Of a stretch of 64,000 nucleotides of DNA, positions 11,601-24,700 are shown in pieces. Every line of letters begins with the position of its first letter. Position 1 is the stretch's first letter. The notes under the pieces were generated by a model. That model was given only the letters and a program-made list of their open reading frames with translations. It did no database searches and had not been told where the DNA came from. Position numbers and translations under genes: made by a program. Source of the DNA: Eledone cirrhosa (taxonomy: Eukaryota); NCBI GenBank assembly GCA_964016885.1, contig OZ024743.1:173848001-173912000 (forward strand), read 5' to 3'.

Positions 11601-14600
11601 GGGCTAGGGTATGAACCCTCTCTTAGTTGTCCTCCTCCAATACTACAGACACACACTCATGGCTAGGGTATTAACCCTCTCTTAGTTGTCCTCCTCCAAT
11701 ACTACAGACACACACTCAGGGCTAGGGTATTAACCCTCTCTTAGTTGTCCTCCTCCAATACTAGACACACACTCAGGGCTAGGGTATGAACCCTCTTTTA
11801 GTTGTCCTCCTCCAATACTACAGACACACACTCAGGGCTAGGGTATGTACCCTCTCTTAGTTGTCCTCCTCCAATACTACAGACACACACTCAGGGCTAG
11901 GGTATTAACCCTCTCTTAGTTGTCCTCCTCCAATACTAGACACACACTCAGGGCTAGGGTATGAACCCTCTTTTAGTTGTCCTCCTCCAATACTACAGAC
12001 ACACACTCAGGGCTAGGGTATGAACCCTCTCTTAGTTGTCCTCTTCCAATACTACAGACACACACTCAGGGCTAGGGTATGAACCCTCTCTTAGGTGTCC
12101 TCCTCCAATACTAGACACACACTCAGGGCTAGGGTATGTACCCTCTCTTAGTTGTCATCCTCCAATACTAGACACACACTCAGGGCTAGGGTATGTACCC
12201 TCTCTTAGTTGTCTTCCTCCAATACTACAGACACACACTCAGGGCTAGGGTATGTACCCTCTCCTAGATGTCCTCCTCCAATACTACAGACACACACTCA
12301 GGGCTAGGGTATGAACCCTCTCTTAGTTGTCCTCCTCCAATACTACAGACACACACTCAGGGCTAGGGTATGAACCCTCTCTTAGTTGTCCTCCTCCAAT
12401 ACTACAGACACACACTCAGGGCTAGGGTATGAACCCTCTATTAGTTGTCCTCCTCCAATACTACAGACACACACTCAGGGCTAGGGTATGAACCCTCTCT
12501 TAGTTGTCCTCCTCCAATACTACAGACACACACTCAGGGCTAGGGTATGAACCCTCTCCTAGTTGTCCTCCTCCAATACTACAGACACACTCAGGGCTAG
12601 GGTATGAACCCTCTCTTAGTTGTCCTCCTCCAATACTACAGACACACACTCAGGGCTAGGGTATGAACCCTCTCTTAGTTGTCCTCCTCCAATACTACAG
12701 ACACACACTCAGGGCTAGGGTATGAACCCTCTCCTAGTTGTCCTCCTCCAATACTACAGACACACACTCAGGGCTAGGGTATGAACCCTCTCTTAGTTGT
12801 CCTCCTCCAATACTACAGACACACACTCAGGGCTAGGGTATTAACCCTCTCTTTGTTGTCCTCCTCCAATACTACAGACACACACTCAGGGCTAGGGTAT
12901 GAACCCTCTCTTAGTTGTCCTCCTCCAATACTACAGACACACACTCAGGGCTAGGGTATTAACCCTCTCTTAGTTGTCCTCCTCCAATACTACAGACACA
13001 CACTCAGGGCTAGGGTATGAACCCTCTCTTAGTTGTCCTCCTCCAATACTACAGACACACACTCAGGGCTAGGGTATTAACCCTCTCTTAGTTGTCCTCC
13101 TCCAATACTACAGACACACACTCAGGGCTAGGGTATGAACCCTCTCTTAGTTGTCCTCCTCCAATACTACAGACACACACTCAGGGCTAGGGTATGAACC
13201 CTCTTTTAGTTGTCCTCCTCCAATACTACAGACACACACTCAGGGCTAGGGTATGAACCCTCTATTAGTTGTCCTTCTCCAATACTACAGACACACACTC
13301 AGGGCTAGAGTATTAACCCTCTCTTAGTTGTCCTCCTCCAATACTACAGACACACACTCAGGGCTAGGGTATGAACCCTCTCTTAGTTGTCCTCCTCCAA
13401 TACTACAGACACACACTCAGGGCTAGGGTATGAACCCTCTCTTAGTTGTCCTCCTCCAATACTAGACACACACTCAGGGCTAGGGTATGAACCCTCTTTT
13501 AGTTGTCCTCCTCCAATACTACAGACACACACTCAGGGCTAGGGTATTAACCCTCTCTTAGTTGTCCTCCTCCAATACTACAGACACACACTCAGGGCTA
13601 GGGTATGAACCCTCTCTTAGTTGTCCTCCTCCAATACTAGACACACACTCAGGGCTAGGGTATGAACCCTCTTTTAGTTGTCCTCCTCCAATACTACAGA
13701 CACACACTCAGGGCTAGGGTATGAACCCTCTCTTAGTTGTCCTCTTCCAATACTACAGACACACACTCAGGGCTAGGGTATTAACCCTCTCTTAGTTGTC
13801 CACCTCCAATACTACAGACACACACTCAGGGCTAGGGTATGAACCCTCTCTTAGTCGTCCTCCTCCAATACTACAGACACACACTCAGGGCTAGGGTATG
13901 AACCCTCTCTTAGTTGTCCTCCTCCAATACTACAGACACACACTCAGGGCTAGGGTATTAACCCTCTCTTAGTTGTCCTCCTCCAATACTAGACACACAC
14001 TCAGGGCTAGGGTATGAACCCTCTTTTAGTTGTCCTCCTCCAATACTACAGACACACACTCAGGGCTAGGGTATGAACCCTCTCTTAGTTGCCCTCCTCC
14101 AATACTACAGACACACACTCAGGGCTAGGGTATTAACCCTCTCTTAGTTGTCCTCCTCCAATACTACAGACACACACTCAGGGCTAGGGTATGAACCCTC
14201 TCTTAGTTGTCCTACTCCAATACTACAGACACACACTCAGGGCTAGGGTATGAACCCTCTCTTAGTTGTCCTCCTCCAATACTACAGACACACACTCAGG
14301 GCTAGGGTATTAACCCTCTCTTAGTTGTCCTCCTCCAATACTAGACACACACTCAGGGCTAGGGTATGAACCCTCTCTTAGTTGTCGTCCTCCAATACTA
14401 GACACACACTCAGGGCTAGGGTATGAACCCTCTCTTAGTTGTCCTCCTCCGATACTACAGACACACACTCAGGGCTAGGGTATGAACCCTCTCTTAGGTG
14501 TCCTCCTCCAATACTACAGACACACACTCAGGGCTAGGGTATGAACCCTCTTTTAGTTGTCCTCCTCCAATACTACAGACACACACTCAGGGCTAGGGTA

Positions 14601-16300
14601 TGAACCCTCTATTAGTTGTCCTTCTCCAATACTACAGACACACACTCAGGGCTAGAGTATTAACCCTCTCTTAGTTGTCCTCCTCCAATACTACAGACAC
14701 ACACTCAGGGCTAGGGTATGAACCCTCTCTTAGTTGTCCTCCTCCAATACTACAGACACACACTCAGGGCTAGGGTATGAACCCTCTCTTAGTTGTCCTC
14801 CTCCAATACTACAGACACACACTCAGGGCTAGGGTATTAACCCTCTCTTAGTTGTCCTCCTCCAATACTACAGACACACACTCAGGGCTAGGGTATTAAC
14901 CCTCTCTTAGTTGTCCTCCTCCAATACTAGACACACACTCAGGGCTAGGGTATGAACCCTCTTTTAGTTGTCCTCCTCCAATACTACAGACACACACTCA
15001 GGGCTAGGGTATGAACCCTCTCTTAGTTGTCCTCCTCCAATACTACAGACACACACTCAGGGCTAGGGTATTAACCCTCTCTTAGTTGTCCTCCTCCAAT
15101 ACTAGACACACACTCAGGGCTAGGGTATGAACCCTCTTTTAGTTGTCCTCCTCCAATACTACAGACATACACTCAGGGCTAGGGTATGAACCCTCTCTTA
15201 GTTGCCCTCCTCCAATACTACAGACACACACTCAGGGCTAGGGTATTAACCCTCTCTTAGTTGTCCTCCTCCAATACTACAGACACACACTCAGGGCTAG
15301 GGTATGAACCCTCTCTTAGTTGTCCTCCTCCAATACTACAGACACACACTCAGGGCTAGGGTATGAACCCTCTCTTAGTTGTCCTCCTCCAATACTACAG
15401 ACACACACTCAGGGCTAGGGTATTAACCCTCTCTTAGTTGTCCTCCTCCAATACTACAGACACACACTCAGGGCTAGGGTATTAACCCTCTCTTAGTTGT
15501 CCTCCTCCAATACTAGACACACACTCAGGGCTAGGGTATGAACCCTCTTTTAGTTGTCCTCCTCCAATACTACAGACACACACTCAGGGCTAGGGTATGA
15601 ACCCTCTCTTAGTTGTCCTCCTCCAATACTACAGACACACACTCAGGGCTAGGGTATGAACCCTCTCTTAGTTGTCGTCCTCCAATACTAGACACACACT
15701 CAGGGCTAGGGTATGAACCCTCTCTTAGTTGTCCTCCTCCAATACTACAGACACACACTCAGGGCTAGGGTATGAACCCTCTCTTAGGTGTCCTCCTCCA
15801 ATACTACAGACACACACTCAGGGCTAGGGTATGAACCCTCTTTTAGTTGTCCTCCTCCAATACTACAGACACACACTCAGGGCTAGGGTATGAACCCTCT
15901 ATTAGTTGTCCTTCTCCAATACTACAGACACACACTCAGGGCTAGAGTATTAACCCTCTCTTAGTTGTCCTCCTCCAATACTACAGACACACACTCAGGG
16001 CTAGGGTATGAACCCTCTCTTAGTTGTCCTCCTCCAATACTACAGACACACACTCATGGCTAGGGTATGAACCCTCTTTTAGTTGTCCTCCTCCAATACT
16101 ACAGACACACACTCAGGGCTAGGGTATTAACGCTCTCTTAGTTGTCCTCTTCCAATACTAGACACACACTCAGGGCTAGGGTATGAACCCTCTTTTAGTT
16201 GTCCTGCTCCAATACTACAGACACACACTCAGGGCTAGGGTATGAACCCTCTCTTAGTTGCCCTCCTCCAATACTACAGACACACACTCAGGGCTAGGGT
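5640..16300. repeat. Tandem duplication of about 5.4 kb (about 92 monomers) within the satellite
   Basis: Rare variants recur at offset 5396-5398: cagagcta 5672/11070, ctcatgg 6258/11657, cassette 6638/12036, gtccacc 8402/13798, ctccgat 9051/14447, taacgct 10732/16128. End points are approximate. Confidence 0.9.
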
Positions 16301-16929
16301 ATTAACCCTCTCTTAGTTGTCCTCCTCCAATACTACAGACACACACTCAGGGCTAGGGTATGAACCCTCTCTTAGTTGTCCTCCTCCAATACTACAGACA
16401 CACACTCAGGGCTAGGGTATGAACCCTCTCTTAGTTGTCCTCGTCCAATACTACAAACACACACTCAGGGCTAGGGTATTAACCCTCTCTTAGTTGTCCT
16501 CCTCCAATACTACAGACACACACTCAGGGCTAGGGTATGAACCCTCTCTTAGTTGTCCTCCTCCAATACTACAGACACACACTCAGGGCTAGGGTATGAA
16601 CCCTCTCTTAGTTGTCCTCCTCCAATACTACAGACACACACTCAGGGCTAGGGTATGAACCCTCTCTTAGTTGTCCTCCTCCAATACTACAGACACACAC
16701 TCAGGGCTAGGGTATTAACCCTCTCTTAGTTGTCCTCCTCCAATACTACAGACACACACTCAGGGCTAGGGTATTAACCCTCTCTTAGTTGTCCTCCTCC
16801 AATACTAGACACACACTCAGGGCTAGGGTATGAACCCTCTTTTAGTTGTCCTCCTCCAATACTACAGACACACACTCAGGGCTAGGGTATGAACACTCCC
16901 TTAGTTGTCCTCCTCCAATACTACAGACA

Positions 16930-19510
16930 CACACTCAGGGCTAGGGTATGAACCCTCTCTTAGTTGTCGTCCTCCAATACTAGACACACACTCAGGGCTA
17001 GGGTATGAACCCTCTCTTAGTTGTCCTCCTCCAATACTACAGACACACACTCAGGGCTAGGGTATGAACCCTCTCTTAGGTGTCCTCCTCCAATACTACA
17101 GACACACACTCAGAGCTAGGGTATGAACCCTCTCTTAGTTGTCCTCCTCCAATACTACAGACACACACTCAGGGCTAGGGTATGAACCCTCTCTTAGGTG
17201 TCCTCCTCCAATACTAGACACACACTCAGGGCTAGGGTATGTACCCTCTCTTAGTTGTCATCCTCCAATACTAGACACACATCAGGGGTAGGGTATGTAC
17301 CCTCTCTTAGTTGTCTTCCTCCAATACTACAGACACACACTCAGGGCTAGGGTATGTACCCTCTCCTAGATGTCCTCCTCCAATACTACAGACACACACT
17401 CAGGGCTAGGGTATGAACCCTCTCTTAGTTGTCCTCCTCCAATACTACAGACACACACTCAGGGCTAGGGTATGAACCCTCTCTTAGTTGTCCTCCTCCA
17501 ATACTACAGACACACACTCAGGGCTAGGGTATGTACCCTCTCCCAGTTGTTCTCCTCCAATACTACAGACACACACTCAGGGCTAGGGTATGAACCCTCT
17601 CTTAGTTGTCCTCCTCCAATACTACAGACACACACTCAGGGCTAGGGTATGAACCCTCTCCTAGTTGTCCTCCTCCAATACTACAGACACACACTCAGGG
17701 CTAGGGTATGAACCCTCTCTTAGTTGTCCTCCTCCAATACTACAGACACACACTCAGGGCTAGGGTATGAACCCTCTCTTAGTTGTCCTCCTCCAATACT
17801 ACAGACACACACTCAGGGCTAGGGTATGAACCCTCTCCTAGTTGTCCTCCTCCAATACTACAGACACACACTCAGTGCTAGGGTATGAACCCTCTCTTAG
17901 TTGTCCTCCTCCAATACTACAGACACACACTCAGGGCTAGGGTATTAACCCTCTCTTAGTTGTCCTCCTCCAATACTACAGACACACACTCAGGGCTAGG
18001 GTATTAACCCTCTCTTAGTTGTCCTCCTCCAATACTAGACACACACTCAGGGCTAGGGTATGAACCCTCTTTTAGTTGTCCTCCTCCAATACTACAGACA
18101 CACACTCAGGGCTAGGGTATGAACCCTCTCTTAATTGTCCTCCTCCAATACTACAGACACACACTCAGGGCTAGGGTATGTACCCTCTCCTAGTTGTCCT
18201 CCTCCAATACTACAGACACACACTCAGGGCTAGGGTATGAACCCTCTCTTAGTTGTCGTCCTCCAATACTAGACACACACTCAGGGCTAGGGTATGAACC
18301 CTCTCTTAGTTGTCCTCCTCCAATACTACAGACACACACTCAGGGCTAGGGTATGAACCCTCTCTTAGGTGTCCTCCTCCAATACTACAGACACACACTC
18401 AGAGCTAGGGTATGAACCCTCTCTTAGTTGTCCTCCTCCAATACTACAGACACACACTCAGGGCTAGGGTATGAACCCTCTCTTAGGTGTCCTCCTCCAA
18501 TACTAGACACACACTCAGGGCTAGGGTATGTACCCTCTCTTAGTTGTCATCCTCCAATACTAGACACACATCAGGGGTAGGGTATGTACCCTCTCTTAGT
18601 TGTCTTCCTCCAATACTACAGACACACACTCAGGGCTAGGGTATGTACCCTCTCCTAGATGTCCTCCTCCAATACTACAGACACACACTCAGGGCTAGGG
18701 TATGAACCCTCTCTTAGTTGTCCTCCTCCAATACTACAGACACACACTCAGGGCTAGGGTATGAACCCTCTCTTAGTTGTCCTCCTCCAATACTACAGAC
18801 ACACACTCAGGGCTAGGGTATGTACCCTCTCCCAGTTGTTCTCCTCCAATACTACAGACACACACTCAGGGCTAGGGTATGAACCCTCTCTTAGTTGTCC
18901 TCCTCCAATACTACAGACACACACTCAGGGCTAGGGTATGAACCCTCTCCTAGTTGTCCTCCTCCAATACTACAGACACACACTCAGGGCTAGGGTATGA
19001 ACCCTCTCTTAGTTGTCCTCCTCCAATACTACAGACACACACTCAGGGCTAGGGTATGAACCCTCTCTTAGTTGTCCTCCTCCAATACTACAGACACACA
19101 CTCAGGGCTAGGGTATGAACCCTCTCCTAGTTGTCCTCCTCCAATACTACAGACACACACTCAGTGCTAGGGTATGAACCCTCTCTTAGTTGTCCTCCTC
19201 CAATACTACAGACACACACTCAGGGCTAGGGTATTAACCCTCTCTTAGTTGTCCTCCTCCAATACTACAGACACACACTCAGGGCTAGGGTATTAACCCT
19301 CTCTTAGTTGTCCTCCTCCAATACTAGACACACACTCAGGGCTAGGGTATGAACCCTCTTTTAGTTGTCCTCCTCCAATACTACAGACACACACTCAGGG
19401 CTAGGGTATGAACCCTCTCTTAATTGTCCTCCTCCAATACTACAGACACACACTCAGGGCTAGGGTATGTACCCTCTCCTAGTTGTCCTCCTCCAATACT
19501 ACAGACACAC
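16930..19510. repeat. Tandem duplication of 1289 bp (22 monomers)
   Basis: atcaggggta at 17281/18570, cagtgcta at 17873/19162 and ttaattg at 18131/19420. The offset fits 22x59 minus 9 bp of observed deletions = 1289. Confidence 0.9.
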
Positions 19511-21729
19511 ACTCAGGGCTAGGGTATGAACCCTCTCTTAGTTGTCCTCCAATACTACAGACACACACTCAGGGCTAGGGTATGAACCCTCTCTTATTTG
19601 TCGTCCTCCACTACTAGACACACACTCAGGGCTAGGGTATGAACCCTCTCTTAGTTGTCCTCCTCCAATACTACAGACACACACTCAGGGCTAGGGTATG
19701 AACCCTCTCTTAGTTGTCCTCCTCCAATACTACAGACACACACTCAGAGCTAGGGTATGAACCCTCTCTTAGTTGTCCTCCTCCAATACTACAGACACAC
19801 ACTCAGGGCTAGGGTATGAACCCTCTCTTAGGTGTCCTCCTCCAATACTAGACACACACTCAGGGCTAGGGTATGTACCCTCTCTTAGTTGTCATCCTCC
19901 AATACTAGACACACACTCAGGGCTAGGGTATGTACCCTCTCTTAGTTGTCTTCCTCCAATACTACAGACACACACTCAGGGCTAGGGTATGTACCCTCTC
20001 CTAGATGTCCTCCTCCAATACTACAGACACACACTCAGGGCTAGGGTATGAACCCTCTCTTAGTTGTCCTCCTCCAATACTACAGACACACACTCAGGGC
20101 TAGGGTATGAACCCTCTCTTAGTTGTCCTCCTCCAATACTACAGACACACACTCAGGGCTAGGGTATGAACCCTCTATTAGTTGTCCTCCTCCAATACTA
20201 CAGACACACACTCAGGGCTAGGGTATGAACCCTCTCTTAGTTGTCCTCCTCCAATACTACAGACACACACTCAGGGCTAGGATATGAACCCTCTCCTAGT
20301 TGTCCTCCTCCAATACTACAGACACACACTCAGGGCTAGGGTATGAACCCTCTCTTAGTTGTCCTCCTCCAATACTACAGACACACACTCAGGGCTAGGG
20401 TATGAACCCTCTCTTAGTTGTCCTCCTCCAATACTACAGACACACACTCAGGGCTAGGGTATGAACCCTCTCCTAGTTGTCCTCCTCCAATACTACAGAC
20501 ACACACTCAGGGCTAGGGTATGAACCCTCTCTTAGTTGTCCTCCTCCAATACTACAGACACACACTCAGGGCTAGGGTATGAACCCTCTCTTAGTTGTCC
20601 TCCTCCAATACTACAGACACACACTCAGGGCTAGGGTATTAACCCTCTCTTAGTTGTCCTCCTCCAATACTACAGACACACACTCAGGGCTAGGGTATGA
20701 ACCCTCTCTTAGTTGTCCTCCTCCAATACTACAGACACACACTCAGGGCTAGGGTATTAACCCTCTCTTAGTTGTCCTCCTCCAATACTACAGACACACA
20801 CTCAGGGCTAGGGTATGAACCCTCTCTTAGTTGTCCTCCTCCAATACTACAGACACACACTCAGGGCTAGGGTATGAACCCTCTTTTAGTTGTCCTCCTC
20901 CAATACTACAGACACACACTCAGGGCTAGGGTATGAAACCTCTATTAGTTGTCCTTCTCCAATACTACAGACACACACTCAGGGCTAGAGTATTAACCCT
21001 CTCTTAGTTGTCCTCCTCCAATACTACAGACACACACTCAGGGCTAGGGTATGAACCCTCTCTTAGTTGTCCTCCTCCAATACTACAGACACACACTCAG
21101 GGCTAGGGTATTAACCCTCTCTTAGTTGTCCTCCTCCAATACTACAGACACACACTCAGGGCTAGGGTATTAACCCTCTCTTAGTTGTCCTCCTCCAATA
21201 CTAGACACACACTCAGGGCTAGGGTATGAACCCTCTTTTAGTTGTCCTCCTCCAATACTACAGACACACACTCAGGGCTAGGGTATGAACCCTCTCTTAG
21301 TTGTCCTCTTCCAATACTACAGACACACACTCAGGGCTAGGGTATTAACCCTCTCTTAGTTGTCCTCCTCCAATACTACAGACACACACTCAGGGCTAGG
21401 GTATGAACCCTCTCTTAGTCGTCCTCCTCCAATACTACAGACACACACTCAGGGCTAGGGTATGAACCCTCTCTTAGTTGTCCTCCAATACTACAGACAC
21501 ACACTCAGGGCTAGGGTATGAACCCTCTTTTAGTTGTCCTCCTCCAATACTACAGACACACACTCAGGGCTAGGGTATTAACCCTCTCTTAGTTGTCCTC
21601 CTCCAATACTAGACACACACTCAGGGCTAGGGTATGAACCCTCTTTTAGTTGTCCTCCTCCAATACTACAGACACACACTCAGGGCTAGGGTATGAACCC
21701 TCTCTTAGTTGCCCTCCTCCAATACTACA

Positions 21730-24700
21730 GACACACACTCAGGGCTAGGGTATTAACCCTCTCTTAGTTGTCCTCCTCCAATACTACAGACACACACTCA
21801 GGGCTAGGGTATGAACCCTCTCTTAGTTGTCCTCCTCCAATACTACAGACACACACTCAGGGCTAGGGTATGAACCCTCTCTTAGTTGTCCTCCTCCAAT
21901 ACTACAGACACACACTCAGGGCTAGGGTATTAACCCTCTCTTAGTTGTCCTCCTCCAATACTACAGACACACACTCAGGGCTAGGGTATTAACCCTCTCT
22001 TAGTTGTCCTCCTCCAATACTAGACACACACTCAGGGCTAGGGTATGAACCCTCTCTTAGTTGTCGTCCTCCAATACTAGACACACACTCAGGGCTAGGG
22101 TATGAACCCTCTCTTAGGTGTCCTCCTCCAATACTACAGACACACACTCAGGGCTAGGGTATGAACCCTCTTTTAGTTGTCCTCCTCCAATACTACAGAC
22201 ACACACTCAGGGCTAGGGTATGAACCCTCTATTAGTTGTCCTTCTCCAATACTACAGACACACACTCAGGGCTAGAGTATAAACCCTCTCTTAGTTGTCC
22301 TCCTCCAATACTACAGACACACACTCAGGGCTAGGGTATGAACCCTCTCTTAGTTGTCCTCCTCCAATACTACAGACACACACTCAGGGCTAGGGTATGA
22401 ACCCTCTCTTAGTTGTCCTCCTCCAATACTACAGACACACACTCAGGGCTAGGGTATTAACCCTCTCTTAGTTGTCCTCCTCCAATACTACAGACACACA
22501 CTCAGGGCTAGGGTATTAACCCTCTCTTAGTTGTCCTCCTCCAATACTAGACACACACTCAGGGCTAGGGTATGAACCCTCTTTTAGTTGTCCTCCTCCA
22601 ATACTACAGACACACACTCAGGGCTAGGGTATGAACCCTCTCTTAGTTGTCCTCCTCCAATACTACAGACACACACTCAGGGCTAGGGTATTAACCCTCT
22701 CTTAGTTGTCCTCCTCCAATACTAGACACACACTCAGGGCTAGGGTATGAACCCTCTTTTAGTTGTCCTCCTCCAATACTACAGACACACACTCAGGGCT
22801 AGGGTATGAACCCTCTCTTAGTTGCCCTCCTCCAATACTACAGACACACACTCAGGGCTAGGGTATTAACCCTCTCTTAGTTGTCCTCCTCCAATACTAC
22901 AGACACACACTCAGGGCTAGGGTATGAACCCTCTCTTAGTTGTCCTCCTCCAATACTACAGACACACACTCAGGGCTAGGGTATGAACCCTCTCTTAGTT
23001 GTCCTCTTCCAATACTACAGACACACACTCAGGGCTAGGGTATTAACCCTCTCTTAGTTGTCCTCCTCCAATACTACAGACACACACTCAGGGCTAGGGT
23101 ATTAACCCTCTCTTAGTTGTCCTCCTCCAATACTAGACACACACTCAGGGCTAGGGTATGAACCCTCTTTTAGTTGTCCTCCTCCAATACTACAGACACA
23201 CACTCAGGGCTAGGGTATGAACCCTCTCTTAGTTGTCCTCCTCCAATACTACAGACACACACTCAGGGCTAGGGTATGAACCCTCTCTTAGTTGTCGTCC
23301 TCCAATACTAGACACACACTCAGGGCTAGGGTATGAACCCTCTCTTAGTTGTCCTCCTCCAATACTACAGACACACACTCAGGGCTAGGGGATGAACCCT
23401 CTCTTAGGTGTCCTCCTCCAATACTACAGACACACACTCAGGGCTAGGGTATGAACCCTCTTTTAGTTGTCCTCCTCCAATACTACAGACACACACTCAG
23501 GGCTAGGGTATGAACCCTCTATTAGTTGTCCTTCTCCAATACTACAGACACACACTCAGGGCTAGAGTATTAACCCTCTCTTAGTTGTCCTCCTCCAATA
23601 CTACAGACACACACTCAGGGCTAGAGTATGAACCCTCTCTTAGTTGTCCTCCTCCAATACTACAGACACACACTCAGGGCTAGGGTATGAACCCTCTCTT
23701 AGTTGTCTTCCTCCAATACTACAGACACACACTCAGCGCTAGGGTATTAACCCTCTCTTAGTTGTCCTCCTCCAATACTACAGACACACACTCAGGGCTA
23801 GGGTATGAACCCTCTCTTAGTCGTCCTCCTCCAATACTACAGACACACACTCAGGGCTAGGGTATGAACCCTCTTTTAGTTGTCCTCCTCCAATACTACA
23901 GACACACACTCAGGGCTAGGGTATTAACCCTCTCTTAGTTGTCCTCTTCCAATACTAGACACACACTCAGGGCTAGGGTATGAACCCTCTTTTAGTTGTC
24001 CTGCTCCAATACTACAGACACACACTCAGGGCTAGGGTATGAACCCTCTCTTAGTTGCCCTCCTCCAATACTACAGACACACACTCAGGGCTAGGGTATT
24101 AACCCTCTCTTAGTTGTCCTCCTCCAATACTACAGACACACACTCAGGGCTAGGGTATGAACCCTCTCTTAGTTGTCCTCCTCCAATACTACAGACACAC
24201 ACTCAGGGCTAGGGTATGAACCCTCTCTTAGTTGTCCTCCTCCAATACTACAGACACACACTCAGGGCTAGGGTATTAACCCTCTCTTAGTTGTCCTCCT
24301 CCAATACTACAGACACACACTCAGGGCTAGGGTATTAACCCTCTCTTAGTTGTCCTCCTCCAATACTAGACACACACTCAGGGCTAGGGTATGAACCCTC
24401 TTTTAGTTGTCCTCCTCCAATACTACAGACACACACTCAGGGCTAGGGTATGAACACTCTCTTAGTTGTCCTCCTCCAATACTACAGACACACACTCAGG
24501 GCTAGGGTATGAACCCTCTCTTAGTTGTCGTCCTCCAATACTACAGACACACACTCAGGGCTAGGGTATGAACCCTCTCTTAGTTGTCCTCCTCCAATAC
24601 TACAGACACACACTCAGGGCTAGGGTATGAACCCTCTCTTAGGTGTCCTCCTCCAATACTACAGACACACACTCAGAGCTAGGGTATGAACCCTCTCTTA

